Counted from the first letter of the stretch, positions 7,729 to 17,602 are shown. The stretch is 34,820 bases of DNA from a virus (IMGVR_UViG_3300010157_000145:1-34820); one strand, 5' to 3'. Numbers and translations are program-made. The notes: generated from the letters alone by a model not told the origin.

Positions 7729-8421
7729 TCAAGCATGGTAACGATTATATTTTCTTTCCCAAACTAAAATCTTACGGAGTAGGAGAGGGATAACCTCATT
7801 GTAACGATCTGTTTGAAATACTCTTTGAATTCCAGACAGTGTTTTTGAAACCTTGTAGGTTTTGGCATGTCGAATTAGTTCTGCCACTGGGATGGTTGGA
7901 CGCTTGGTTTTAAAGTCAAGGTAAACGCAGTGAGCATATGCCTCAATCTCATCACGACCAGAGTGATAGTCTCTGTTGTTGTCTATGCGCTCAATTCCAG
8001 TTCTTGAGTAGTAAACCTTGCTGGCGCAGTACTCCTCATCCTTACCATAGTACTGCTTACAGTGGATAAGTTCATGCATACAAACTTGAATAGTTCTGTA
8101 CTTGAACCTTGCCCATGAGACATCTGTAAACTTGTGGTGATTGAAGTCTGTGTCTGAACTTGTCCAAATATCTAACTCAGAACGACCTTCATCTGTGTAG
8201 TAACCACCACCAACGGCAATTTTCTTTGTTGGCTTAGATTCATAGTGCCATACAATGGAAAATCGCCACTTCTTGAAGTAATTCCCCAAGCCAGTGGCGT
8301 CATTTTTGTATCTATCAAGGTCGTTCCAGATTTTCGCTGGAACAAACTTTGCCCTGAATGGGCGATCATCAAAGTTCAGCATATCAACAAAGTCGAAGTC
8401 TAAACTTTGAATGTGTCTCAT
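7729..8421 (-). CDS. Zincin-like HExxH metalloprotein (putative peptidase)
   Basis: CMHELIHCKQY with a downstream DEIEAYA third-ligand motif. Confidence 0.65.
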   Translation of the reverse strand: MRHIQSLDFDFVDMLNFDDRPFRAKFVPAKIWNDLDRYKNDATGLGNYFKKWRFSIVWHYESKPTKKIAVGGGYYTDEGRSELDIWTSSDTDFNHHKFTDVSWARFKYRTIQVCMHELIHCKQYYGKDEEYCASKVYYSRTGIERIDNNRDYHSGRDEIEAYAHCVYLDFKTKRPTIPVAELIRHAKTYKVSKTLSGIQRVFQTDRYNEVIPLLLRKILVWERKYNRYHA

Positions 8422-8427
8422 CTTACA

Positions 8428-9777
8428 CTACCCAAATAGTGATTCCAAGTCAACTTCCTTTTTGCTTTCAAAGTGTTCATCGAACATCTCCTGTGCTTTC
8501 TGGTGAATAGATGGATCATGATTAGTCTTAACTTTCAACTCAGTTAGATACCCAGTTGGTTTCTGATTAGCCACATCAATATAGTGCTGAGCAATAACTT
8601 TACGATCAAATTGTTTGATCAGTTCATAATTATTTAGTTGAATTTGACGGTAATCAGCTTCGCTCATGTCACAAAAGTTAGCGATCGCTTCGCCATACTG
8701 TTTCGGTGTGTAAGACTTCTTCAACATGCAGTAGTTTATTCCTGCTTTGAGGACGACTCCCATTCCTTCTTCGTTGTTGGATACCCCATAATTAACAGCA
8801 ATTGGAACAGTGCCAATCCGCATAGCATCAATAACAACTCTATTGAAGTGTTCCCCGAAAGTATTAGACCAACTTGGATCAACCAAAAACTTAGAACTGG
8901 CCAGTATTTCATCACGTTTACCTCCTGATATAAACCCAATATACTCAAAGTTGCCTGAGTTCTCGGCATTCTCCCAGATACGCTTACCCTCACGATCGGG
9001 TGTTACATCTGGATCATAGTCTTTAGTTGCATAGTATTCTTCCTTACACTTATCTTTGGACATCATGTAGGCTGCTTCAATACCATAACCACCGACCAAA
9101 GTTTTTACCTGTGGCATGTAGGGAACTGAACGAATCAAATCATCGACACGTTTCCAACGCTTGAATGTTTGAATCGACAGTAGTTTATTCTCACGAGCAG
9201 AGAAAGGTGGGGTCGCTGGTACACCATCAATATCCTGAGGATTTAAGATTAATGCTCTTGGAACATTAAGAAAATCCGCAGATTCATAAGCAGCAGGGTG
9301 TACGCAGGCAACTCCAGAAAAGTGTTTCTCAAATAAAACAATCCATGGATATAGTTTCTTCAAATTCGCATCATGAATAATTGGAACTTGTTTTGCCGTA
9401 ATCTTTTGAACCATTGGCAACCAGTTCAAGTCTTGCTCTGTGTCTTTGTTTTTGAAGCCAAAGATTGACTGCCAAATAACAATGTCATGTGTGTTAGCAT
9501 CACGAATAAACTGATCAATTGACTCTTTAACTTTGTAAGAATAGTAGGGAGCAATCCAACCATCACCCTGATGCACTGGATAACCTGAGCCAACCCCAAT
9601 TTCATAACCTTCTTTAAGAGTTGTTGGAATCTCAACAGACTTTACCTGTTTGTTTGGTTTAAGATACGCAAAGGTAACCTCATGACCCAACTCTTTTAAA
9701 CCAGCCATGAGATGTTCACAGTGGTTGATAATACCTCCAAAGTTATTGAAGGTATGCATGACCATCATAATTTTCAT
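8428..9777 (-). CDS. GT-B fold glycosyltransferase, probable DNA glycosyltransferase
   Basis: MKIMMV...NFGGIINH...LKELGHEV N-terminus; TFKRWKRVDDLI; FLVDPS...EHFNRVVIDAMRIGTVPI (GT4-like E-x7-D/E); coupled to the upstream TET/JBP gene. Confidence 0.85.
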   Translation of the reverse strand: MKIMMVMHTFNNFGGIINHCEHLMAGLKELGHEVTFAYLKPNKQVKSVEIPTTLKEGYEIGVGSGYPVHQGDGWIAPYYSYKVKESIDQFIRDANTHDIVIWQSIFGFKNKDTEQDLNWLPMVQKITAKQVPIIHDANLKKLYPWIVLFEKHFSGVACVHPAAYESADFLNVPRALILNPQDIDGVPATPPFSARENKLLSIQTFKRWKRVDDLIRSVPYMPQVKTLVGGYGIEAAYMMSKDKCKEEYYATKDYDPDVTPDREGKRIWENAENSGNFEYIGFISGGKRDEILASSKFLVDPSWSNTFGEHFNRVVIDAMRIGTVPIAVNYGVSNNEEGMGVVLKAGINYCMLKKSYTPKQYGEAIANFCDMSEADYRQIQLNNYELIKQFDRKVIAQHYIDVANQKPTGYLTELKVKTNHDPSIHQKAQEMFDEHFESKKEVDLESLFG

Positions 9778-11135
9778 TAAAAGAACTCCTCAAGTGTGCC
9801 AGCATTTGCCAGTGGGTGATATTTAATTAGTGTGTCACGATCAAGATGCTTTTCGCAATAGTCATACCATTCTTTTGATTCCCACATACCTTCAGAAACT
9901 CCATTCCAAAGTTTCTTCCAAAGTGGATGTTCTTTATTAAGTCTGCGAGATTCAACAAAGTCATATCGGCAGTCTTCATATTCTTTTGAACCAAGTTCAA
10001 GCATCTTCTCACGGAAATAAACAACCAACGAGATACGCTCAGAACCTTCTTCGCAAACGATAGGAGTGTTGCCATGCATAACTTCATGGTTGTTGATCAA
10101 CAACAAATCTCCTGGACGAACATTGACAGCAACACGATACTCAGGCGCAATCAAGTAACCACCTGTGTAGTTGCCATCATTGGACAAGGTCAACAGATTA
10201 GAAAGACCAGTGTTTAAATCACCTGCGTCATAGTGAGCAGCAGTACGGAAAGTTTTGTTTACCGTAACAGTTGTGAATGGTGTTTCAGGAACAAGAAATG
10301 CTGGATCAATTTTCGCTGCTGCTTGCATCTGATTAGTATAACGCCATGGTAGCAGTTCCTTAAATCCACGAGACAGTGATTGTAAGAATGGATAGGACAT
10401 TTTAAACTTGTCAAAGTTATTGGCAGTGTAAGAAGTGGCACGACCATAGGGAATGCGAGGATAACGATCAAACCAGCCTGCGATACCTGAATTAACAGCA
10501 GTACCATAGGTAGTTAGACTCATCATCTTCATAACTTCTTCAGTTGCGTCTGCACGCTCAGTGCGACTCAAAGGTTTGATAGAATCTAACCATGCTTCGA
10601 AGTCAAACTTACCATCACGATAGCGAGAGATAACCCAGACATTGTTTTTACCTGCACCACCAGCCATCTTCTTATCAACATCACGAGGATACTTGGCACG
10701 AATAGCATCGATAACATCATTCTCATCAAGCGATGCGTTGCGATTTGCCAACAAGGCTGTTGTCATTTCATCTTGATAGTTAGTTACCCATTCGCGACCT
10801 TCGTCAGTGGCAACTATACCTTCTTTGATGCCCGATGCGATACCCCTGTTTTCCGTCCGAGTGGCTGCTTCGCGTAATCCGATATAAGCCATTTGCTGCT
10901 CTTCTTTGGTGAAGAAGTTCTTGCGGAATTTGAAGACGATTTTTCTTTCGTCTGTTCCTGTTTCGCAGTCTGAACAGTCTCTGTCACAGCCTGCCTGTGC
11001 TCCAATTTCGCAATCAGCTGGTGCATAAACATCGCAATCTTCTTCAACAAGGATATCATAATGTCGTTCATCTACGAATTTCCCCAATAAATCAGTGCAG
11101 TCATATTTTCTTTCTGCTACAATTTTTCTAACCAT
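9777..11135 (-). CDS. TET/JBP-family 2OG-Fe(II) dioxygenase (5-methylpyrimidine oxygenase)
   Basis: FTTVTVNKTFRTAAHYDAGD (HxD), GDLLLINNHEVMHGNTPI (distal H), ERISLVVYFREKM (2OG-binding R): the phage TET/JBP pattern. Confidence 0.88.
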   Translation of the reverse strand: MVRKIVAERKYDCTDLLGKFVDERHYDILVEEDCDVYAPADCEIGAQAGCDRDCSDCETGTDERKIVFKFRKNFFTKEEQQMAYIGLREAATRTENRGIASGIKEGIVATDEGREWVTNYQDEMTTALLANRNASLDENDVIDAIRAKYPRDVDKKMAGGAGKNNVWVISRYRDGKFDFEAWLDSIKPLSRTERADATEEVMKMMSLTTYGTAVNSGIAGWFDRYPRIPYGRATSYTANNFDKFKMSYPFLQSLSRGFKELLPWRYTNQMQAAAKIDPAFLVPETPFTTVTVNKTFRTAAHYDAGDLNTGLSNLLTLSNDGNYTGGYLIAPEYRVAVNVRPGDLLLINNHEVMHGNTPIVCEEGSERISLVVYFREKMLELGSKEYEDCRYDFVESRRLNKEHPLWKKLWNGVSEGMWESKEWYDYCEKHLDRDTLIKYHPLANAGTLEEFF

Positions 11136-11144
11136 AACTCTCTC

Positions 11145-12536
11145 CTAAAACTTAAATCCTTCGAACTCTTCTGCCTTTACACGCTTTCCGAATTCAGACT
11201 TGTCAAAAACTGGACCAGTATCTTCTTGTCCAGAGTCAGATATGTTTTCTTGTGCGGTACTTTCTAAATTATATAACTTCATCTTAGATCTGTCAACCCC
11301 AATTACAAACTTCTTAAAGTAAGATGGATCGCCGTAACGATTCTTCAACTGTTTCACAAGAATCTGATTCAGGTTCATCAATTCTTCAGAGGATATTAGT
11401 GCAAACATAAAATCCACTGTAGCTGGTAAACCAAATGATTCAGAAGTGTCTGTTAATCCTACATCAGTATTAGCAAAACCCGAGCGAGTCGTTTGAGTAG
11501 CTGATAAAATTGGTACAGCATATTCAACTGCCAATCCTCTCAACTCTTCTGCGATGCTCTTAATATATGTATAAGAATTTACATTGGCACCTTGCTTCAT
11601 TCTAGAAGAAGAACAGATATTCAGGTAATCAATGATAACCATGTCTGGAACAAACTTCTTCTTTTGTTTCAATTCTTCAAGCAATGCTTTAAAGTGACCA
11701 GCGTGGGCACCTGCTGTTGGATATTCTTTAACAATCAACTTACCCTGTGTCTTTGTAGATACTTTACTAAATCGCTTTTGATATAATTCTCTATCGATAA
11801 TTCTTAACTCATCCATACCAATGTTCATTAGGTTGGCATCGATACGCTCAGCGATTCTTTCTTCAGCCATCTCCATGGTAATGTATAAAACATTCTTGCC
11901 TTGCATTAAGGTGCTAGCAGCCACATGACACATGAACAAAGACTTGCCAACCCCAGTACCAGCCAGTACCACACTAAGGGTCTTCTTTGATAATCCACCT
12001 TTAGTGATTTTATTAAAGAGATCAAGATCGAATGCAATCTTCTCTTCCACCCTATGATAAAAATCATACCTGTCATCAAAATCCTCGATGTAGTCATGAC
12101 CAACATGGTTATCAAAAGACACGGCAAGAGCATCAGAGAGTATAGAAGGAATCGCATCCTTGGTATTAACTTTATCCCCACCATCAATGATTTTAATTGA
12201 TTGTAAAATCGCATTATAAACTGCCTTATCTCTACAGAATTTTTCTGTTTCACCAAGTAACCAATCTACATTAGTTTCTTTACTTGTGAGTTCATTAATA
12301 AAAACTTCAAACTCAGGCACTTCCTTGTCGTTTAAATCTTTTCTGTTGCCAACTTCAATCGCCAAGATTTCTGGAGATGCTGGCTTGTTATACTCTACAA
12401 AAAACTTTATAAGTTCCTGAGCAACTACTGATTCTTTTCTGTCAGAAAAATACTCAGTCTTAAGATGAGGAACTACCTTACGACAATATTCTTCATTGTG
12501 GATCAAGTTCGATAGGATCGACTTCTCTATTCTCAT
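11145..12536 (-). CDS. 41: Replicative DNA helicase (T4 gp41, DnaB-like)
   Basis: LAGTGVGKS Walker A, YITMEMAEERIAERIDAN, IIDYLNI, SATQTTRSG, KNRYG; likely start MRIEKS at 12536. Confidence 0.95.
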   Translation of the reverse strand: MRIEKSILSNLIHNEEYCRKVVPHLKTEYFSDRKESVVAQELIKFFVEYNKPASPEILAIEVGNRKDLNDKEVPEFEVFINELTSKETNVDWLLGETEKFCRDKAVYNAILQSIKIIDGGDKVNTKDAIPSILSDALAVSFDNHVGHDYIEDFDDRYDFYHRVEEKIAFDLDLFNKITKGGLSKKTLSVVLAGTGVGKSLFMCHVAASTLMQGKNVLYITMEMAEERIAERIDANLMNIGMDELRIIDRELYQKRFSKVSTKTQGKLIVKEYPTAGAHAGHFKALLEELKQKKKFVPDMVIIDYLNICSSSRMKQGANVNSYTYIKSIAEELRGLAVEYAVPILSATQTTRSGFANTDVGLTDTSESFGLPATVDFMFALISSEELMNLNQILVKQLKNRYGDPSYFKKFVIGVDRSKMKLYNLESTAQENISDSGQEDTGPVFDKSEFGKRVKAEEFEGFKF

Positions 12537-12825
12537 TAACACCGCCTGTATATACTATATCGTTATTAATTACACCATACGCCATAAGTTCCATTAGGAA
12601 ATCGCCCAACTCTTTTTTAAAGGCAGTGTGGTCAAGATTTTCTGGTTCTTGTTCATGTATGTTGTATACAAATTTAACTCTAAGTCTATCGTTTTCTTTA
12701 TCTTCTTCAAAGGAAACTCGACCATAAGAGAATATTATACCTGAAAATTCTCCCTCCGTCAACATTAACGCAAGAACTCCATTGCGTTCTAATGTCTTAT
12801 GTGGACGAACCATATCAGTCTTCAT
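12493..12825 (-). CDS. Conserved hypothetical protein between uvsX and gp41 (gp40 position)
   Basis: GEFSGIIFSYGRVSFEE...LRVKFVYNI; start probably at 12825 or 12813, because the longer ORF overlaps uvsX. Confidence 0.7.
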   Translation of the reverse strand: MKTDMVRPHKTLERNGVLALMLTEGEFSGIIFSYGRVSFEEDKENDRLRVKFVYNIHEQEPENLDHTAFKKELGDFLMELMAYGVINNDIVYTGGVNENREVDPIELDPQ

Positions 12826-13885
12826 TGTCAATCTCTGCAAGTTCTTTTTCGATGTCCTCATCTTTGAGGATTTCAGTTGAGCCAACTTGATACTTGTCTT
12901 TAACAAACTGAACGAATGTTTTCTTGGCAAGAATAGGCATCCAGAATTCTTTGTTATCAGTATCTTTGATACGATATTTCTTATCTTCTATTTCACCAGT
13001 ATCCGTATCAACTCTTGAGTACCATCCATTTGATGGTTTAACCACATGTCCCGATTCCATAGCAATGTCAAGTAGACCAGACCAACGACTGATACCACCA
13101 TCATGATATACAGTAACAGGTATTTTAGATTTCTCACGCACGTACCTTGATTTCTCCACATTAATAATAAAGTTGTAACCGATAACCTCAGTTCCTTCTT
13201 TCTCTTGTTGACGACCGATAATGAAAATATTGTCAGCTGAGTAGTACGAACCAGTGCCACCACCAACGATTGCTTTGGGGAACATACCAATTTCCATGTA
13301 GGTATGATTGACAACAACCAGTGGGATATCTTTCAGATTCAAGTGTGGTGTGATCATACGGAACAGTGACTTCATCTGCTTTGCTCTTGACATATCAGCA
13401 ACAGACTTACCTTCCATAGCATCTTCAACTTCTTTCTTAGAAGCAAGGTTACCAATAGAATCAATAACAATAATCAAATGGTCACCACGATCAACACCCT
13501 CAAGTTGTTGCATGATGTCAAACTTCAACTGTTCAACATTGGTAAGAGGAGTGTGAATAACTCTATCAGTATCAATACCAAAGGAATCAAAGTAGGACTG
13601 CGGAGTACCAAACTCAGAGTCATAAAATAAAAGAACAGCATCGTCATACTTGTCCAGATAGGACTTAGCCATTAACAAAGAGAATGCCGTTTTAAAGTGT
13701 TTCGATGGACCAGCCCACATTGTAACACCTGGGACTAAACCACCATCAAGTCGACCAGACAAAGCAATGTTGATTGCTGGGACAGAGGTAGGAATCATAT
13801 CCTTCTTGGTGAAGAATTTTGATTGTGATAGAATTGCGCTATCCTTGATAGTTGAATTCTTTTTAATTTTATCTAATAAACTCAT
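12815..13885 (-). CDS. uvsX: RecA-like recombinase UvsX
   Basis: AGPSKHFKT Walker A, LFYDSEFG, IDSIGNLASKKE, VVNHTY, GGGTGSYYSAD. Confidence 0.96.
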   Translation of the reverse strand: MSLLDKIKKNSTIKDSAILSQSKFFTKKDMIPTSVPAINIALSGRLDGGLVPGVTMWAGPSKHFKTAFSLLMAKSYLDKYDDAVLLFYDSEFGTPQSYFDSFGIDTDRVIHTPLTNVEQLKFDIMQQLEGVDRGDHLIIVIDSIGNLASKKEVEDAMEGKSVADMSRAKQMKSLFRMITPHLNLKDIPLVVVNHTYMEIGMFPKAIVGGGTGSYYSADNIFIIGRQQEKEGTEVIGYNFIINVEKSRYVREKSKIPVTVYHDGGISRWSGLLDIAMESGHVVKPSNGWYSRVDTDTGEIEDKKYRIKDTDNKEFWMPILAKKTFVQFVKDKYQVGSTEILKDEDIEKELAEIDNED

Positions 13886-13908
13886 ATGTTCTCCAAATAT
13901 TTATTTCT

Positions 13909-13937
13909 ATTATACTATGTATATGTTTGCAAGTCAA
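13909..13937 (-). promoter_or_regulatory. Sigma70-type promoter TTGACT-17-TATAAT upstream of uvsX (AATAAATA late-like box at 13898-13905)
   Basis: Consensus match with 17-bp spacer. Confidence 0.75.
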
Positions 13938-14482
13938 GGATTATTCTTGCTGTGTGGGACATCGAATACAAAGGTGACTCTGGTACAATCTCCAATGTTT
14001 GCAGTTCCGTGCATTAGTTTGTTGTTGAACCAGAGCAGAGTTCCAGGTTCAACATCGTAGTGTTCATCGCCTACAAAATATCTATATCTTCCTTGAATAG
14101 ATAAGTGATAACGATCTCTTGTTAGATAGTAAGTCCCCTCATCAATATGTAGTCCAACAACACCATCGACAGGCAGAGACAGAAATCCACAACGACTAAA
14201 CTTTTTAAAGTTTCGTTTCATGAATCCCACAATCTCTGTGTGATTGTGTATTGCTGGAGTTGGAACACAAATCTCACTGTCTCCCACAAAGTCTTCAGCT
14301 TTTTCTACAGAACCCATAACGAGCTGAAGGTTTCCAACAGGGATGTCATCATAACCTCGATCAACCAAAGATTGCACACCCTCAATTCTTCTTTGATTCA
14401 TCCAATCGTCGGGGTGCTGCTTCAGCTGATTTAGTATCTTGCTGACATTGATGCCAGTTTTAATGATACGAATATTACGCAA
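13934..14482 (-). CDS. Aspartyl/asparaginyl beta-hydroxylase-like 2OG-Fe(II) oxygenase
   Basis: GLHIDEG (HxD), RYHLSIQG, GTLLWFNNKLMHGTAN, RVTFVFD. Confidence 0.8.
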   Translation of the reverse strand: MRNIRIIKTGINVSKILNQLKQHPDDWMNQRRIEGVQSLVDRGYDDIPVGNLQLVMGSVEKAEDFVGDSEICVPTPAIHNHTEIVGFMKRNFKKFSRCGFLSLPVDGVVGLHIDEGTYYLTRDRYHLSIQGRYRYFVGDEHYDVEPGTLLWFNNKLMHGTANIGDCTRVTFVFDVPHSKNNP

Positions 14483-16970
14483 AGAAATCCTCCAGTGATG
14501 ATTTTGGTTCTACGCTCCAACCCAAAGGTTCAATAACAATCTGTACTGCATCAAGGAAAACCTTTTCGAATTGTTTTTCGTAGTCTACATAACTATGTAG
14601 GTTTAATTCTTTAGGTAGTTCTTGAGAGAAAGAAATAACATCTTCTTGAATCGGATTCGGTGTCTTGAGATACACAAACTTAATCTTGTCGCCATCACGA
14701 ATGGGTTGGTATTGTTTCTCAAGTCCCTTTTCTTTTGTGTGATAGTTAAACAACAGCGCACCACGAACTGCGATCGGTGTTGACTTACCATAGATCGTGG
14801 AACTTCTACCATACTCTCGTAGACCATTTACTGATCTCGGGAACGCAATCTCTTCAATTGATAGTTTGTTAAACTCATCTCTAAACGAATGTATGTACGA
14901 ATGAATCTTGCTTTGATTTCCTTCAAGAATAACCTTGATCGAATCTTTAAGTTTGTTACGTATAACTTGAGGAGTAGAGGACTTGACCATTTCAAGACCC
15001 ATAACTTTAATTTTAGGTTCCGCATATTGAACACCTTCAGAGTTGTGAACATTTATGATATAACGCTTCTTGGCAGTCCAGATTGCTTTGTCTGCCAATA
15101 CCTCACGTTTCATCTGCATCTTTTGAGCATAGGCATTAATGTAATCAGCCAACTCTTCATAACCCTTGTCAATGAATGGCTGGAAAACATCTTCGCATAT
15201 CTTATCCATATACTTAATCTTCTCTTCGTCAGTCTTACCTTTACAAACAGATTCGATTAGATTCTCAAGAGTTAGATAGATTGAATCGGTGTCAATGGCA
15301 ATGACATAATCTTTGCCTTCGGTCTTCATTGTTTTGTTTAGGAAAACATTTAGTTTGTTTGCCATCCAACGAATCGACAACTGACCAGACAAGGTAATTC
15401 CCTCTGCCATTCGTAGATCAAAGTAGCGGAAATATTGATTACCCATTGCACCATAAGCAGAGTTTAGAGCAATCTTCATTGCCATCTGCAGGTTGTTAAG
15501 TCGAGATATATCCTTTAGCAAGTTTTTCTTGCTCTTGTCGTTTTGATATTCCTGTTCAGCTTTCAACATCTGCTTCTTAAACTTAGAACGATTGGCATAC
15601 ATAGTTGCCATCAACTCTGGCATGAAACCAAGTTTCTCTTTGGTATAGCAAACGCCATTGGCTGTCATTGTGACATTGCGTTCCTTGATAGAACTGGTGT
15701 CAATCTTCTGTTGAAGTAGATAGTCAACTGTTACAGTTTCACGACCCTCAAGCATTGTCTCAGGGGAGATGTTATACTGCATAATCAAGTGAGGATACAG
15801 ACTGTTCAAGTCAAAGGAAGCAACCCACTTGTGTAAACCAACAAGAGGATCCTTGACATAAGCACCCTCAAACTTCTCACCTTTGCGATTACCAGAGTTT
15901 TGTGGTATGACAACATTCTTTTCACGAAGATGATTATAAATGATAGCATCCCACATACGAACCTGAGAGAATACATCTTCATAGTTAATCTTGGCATTAT
16001 ACGCCATGGTCAACTGCAGTTCGATCAACTTCATCTTGTCTTCAAGTTTGTCAACCAAGTGTACATCGTGAATGTTATAGGCGACGAACTTCTTCCAGTT
16101 ATGAGTGTAAAAGTCTTTGAAGGTTGCGTACTCACTATGGTCTAGTTTCTTTTCACCCAACTCAACAAAGGCAATATGATCAAGACGATAAGACTCTTGC
16201 GCCGAGTAGGTATACTTCTTATAAAGATCCATGTAGTCTAACATAGCAACACCTTGAATGTCGTATGTCAATTCCTCGCTACCTTTCATGGCAACCTTAC
16301 GTTCACGAATCATATCCCATGGCGAAATCTTCTTAGCAAAAGATTCACCGAGAACATATTCAATCCTACGAATAAGATAAGGAATATCAAAGAAGTTAAT
16401 GTTCCAACCAGTAACAACATCGGGACAGTTATCCTGCCAGTAGATTAGGAACTCCTTGAGCATCTGTGCTTCGTTTTCGAAACAACGATAGTCAACATCA
16501 CCAGCATTACCAATTGGTTGACGACCAAAGGTAACAATCTTTTTTGTTTTGTTATCTTGAAGTGTGATTAAAAGAATCTCTTCATTTGCTGAAGGGATAT
16601 CGGGAAAACCATTTTCGGTTTTGGTTTCAATATCCAAAGAAAAGATCTTAACCAAATCTGTATCTGGAACGATCTCACCTTTATAAGTGTCGCTGATGAA
16701 TTGAGCAACCCAGTTGTTGTTGCCGTAGATCTCGAATCCTTGAATATCTTGGTATCGTTCAATGTATTCTTTGGTCTCATAAACATTGCCACATTGAAGT
16801 GAAGCAACATACTTACCATCAAGAGTTTGATACTCTGTTGGTTTGTTTGATGGAACAAAGATAGTTGGGTTGAAATCTACACGATGTCTAAAAGGACTTC
16901 CGCTTTTGTCGTAGCCACGGACAAGCATCTTACTACCATATTGAACAACGCTTGTATAAAATTCTTTCAT
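14475..16970 (-). CDS. 43: Family B DNA polymerase (T4 gp43)
   Basis: Exo motifs LDIET, GWNINFFDIPY, YNIHDV; polymerase motifs SFDLNSLYP, KIALNSAYG, IDTDSIY; C-terminal clamp-binding SLEDFF. Confidence 0.97.
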   Translation of the reverse strand: MKEFYTSVVQYGSKMLVRGYDKSGSPFRHRVDFNPTIFVPSNKPTEYQTLDGKYVASLQCGNVYETKEYIERYQDIQGFEIYGNNNWVAQFISDTYKGEIVPDTDLVKIFSLDIETKTENGFPDIPSANEEILLITLQDNKTKKIVTFGRQPIGNAGDVDYRCFENEAQMLKEFLIYWQDNCPDVVTGWNINFFDIPYLIRRIEYVLGESFAKKISPWDMIRERKVAMKGSEELTYDIQGVAMLDYMDLYKKYTYSAQESYRLDHIAFVELGEKKLDHSEYATFKDFYTHNWKKFVAYNIHDVHLVDKLEDKMKLIELQLTMAYNAKINYEDVFSQVRMWDAIIYNHLREKNVVIPQNSGNRKGEKFEGAYVKDPLVGLHKWVASFDLNSLYPHLIMQYNISPETMLEGRETVTVDYLLQQKIDTSSIKERNVTMTANGVCYTKEKLGFMPELMATMYANRSKFKKQMLKAEQEYQNDKSKKNLLKDISRLNNLQMAMKIALNSAYGAMGNQYFRYFDLRMAEGITLSGQLSIRWMANKLNVFLNKTMKTEGKDYVIAIDTDSIYLTLENLIESVCKGKTDEEKIKYMDKICEDVFQPFIDKGYEELADYINAYAQKMQMKREVLADKAIWTAKKRYIINVHNSEGVQYAEPKIKVMGLEMVKSSTPQVIRNKLKDSIKVILEGNQSKIHSYIHSFRDEFNKLSIEEIAFPRSVNGLREYGRSSTIYGKSTPIAVRGALLFNYHTKEKGLEKQYQPIRDGDKIKFVYLKTPNPIQEDVISFSQELPKELNLHSYVDYEKQFEKVFLDAVQIVIEPLGWSVEPKSSLEDFFA

Positions 16971-17534
16971 TTATTTCCCATAAATTAACATCATAATATC
17001 CAAGGCACAGTCATGAGTTGGGTGATGCTTGATAACATTGTGTCGTTGAAAGGTAGGATGAACAATATCACAGTAGCCATTCTTACCTGTCTCACAAAGT
17101 AAGTCAACTGCTGTTCGAACATCACGCCAAACATTGTAGTTTGTAATTAAATCAACTTTAACTGACTTACACAAACTATCAATACACATTTGATCAAGCG
17201 AACCACGAGCCCAAAAGGTTTGGTCTTTCTCTGGATACTTTGCGATATATTCTTTTATTTTATTAATTCCATCAAGAGAAGTCAAGTCATCTTTCTTGGG
17301 AGCCAAAGAAATACTGCGAACATATTCATGTTGTCCTGCCCACCAATCAACAGTTCCCTTGTCGATAGAACGCTTCATTGCGATTTGTTCTTTGGCATCA
17401 AATTTAACAAACAAAGAATTGTTCATCAGTTCGTCATAAGTATACTGCTCGCCAATATCAAAGTGAATGATTGACGCTGACAAAACTACAGCTGTGGACT
17501 CTGCATCAAGAGTCTCAATATCGAACATAAACAT
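16971..17534 (-). CDS. dexA: DEDDh 3'-5' exonuclease (DexA-like)
   Basis: MFDIETL, FWARGSLD, WRDVRT, HHPTHDCALD. Confidence 0.75.
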   Translation of the reverse strand: MFMFDIETLDAESTAVVLSASIIHFDIGEQYTYDELMNNSLFVKFDAKEQIAMKRSIDKGTVDWWAGQHEYVRSISLAPKKDDLTSLDGINKIKEYIAKYPEKDQTFWARGSLDQMCIDSLCKSVKVDLITNYNVWRDVRTAVDLLCETGKNGYCDIVHPTFQRHNVIKHHPTHDCALDIMMLIYGK

Positions 17535-17570
17535 AATAAATCTCCAATGGAAAATAGCGTCTCAAGTATT

Positions 17571-17599
17571 ATTATACCTGAAACGCCATTAAATGTCAA
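17571..17599 (-). promoter_or_regulatory. Sigma70-type promoter TTGACA-17-TATAAT upstream of dexA-43
   Basis: Exact consensus. Confidence 0.85.
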
Positions 17600-17602
17600 G
17601 GG

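Noticed and set aside
11145-12536. Absence of primase gp61 after gp41 as gene loss
   Set aside because: The window is only part of the genome; primase may lie elsewhere
14475-16970. Intron, intein or split in gp43 or other core genes
   Set aside because: gp43, gp41, gp46, uvsX and uvsW are of normal length with contiguous motifs
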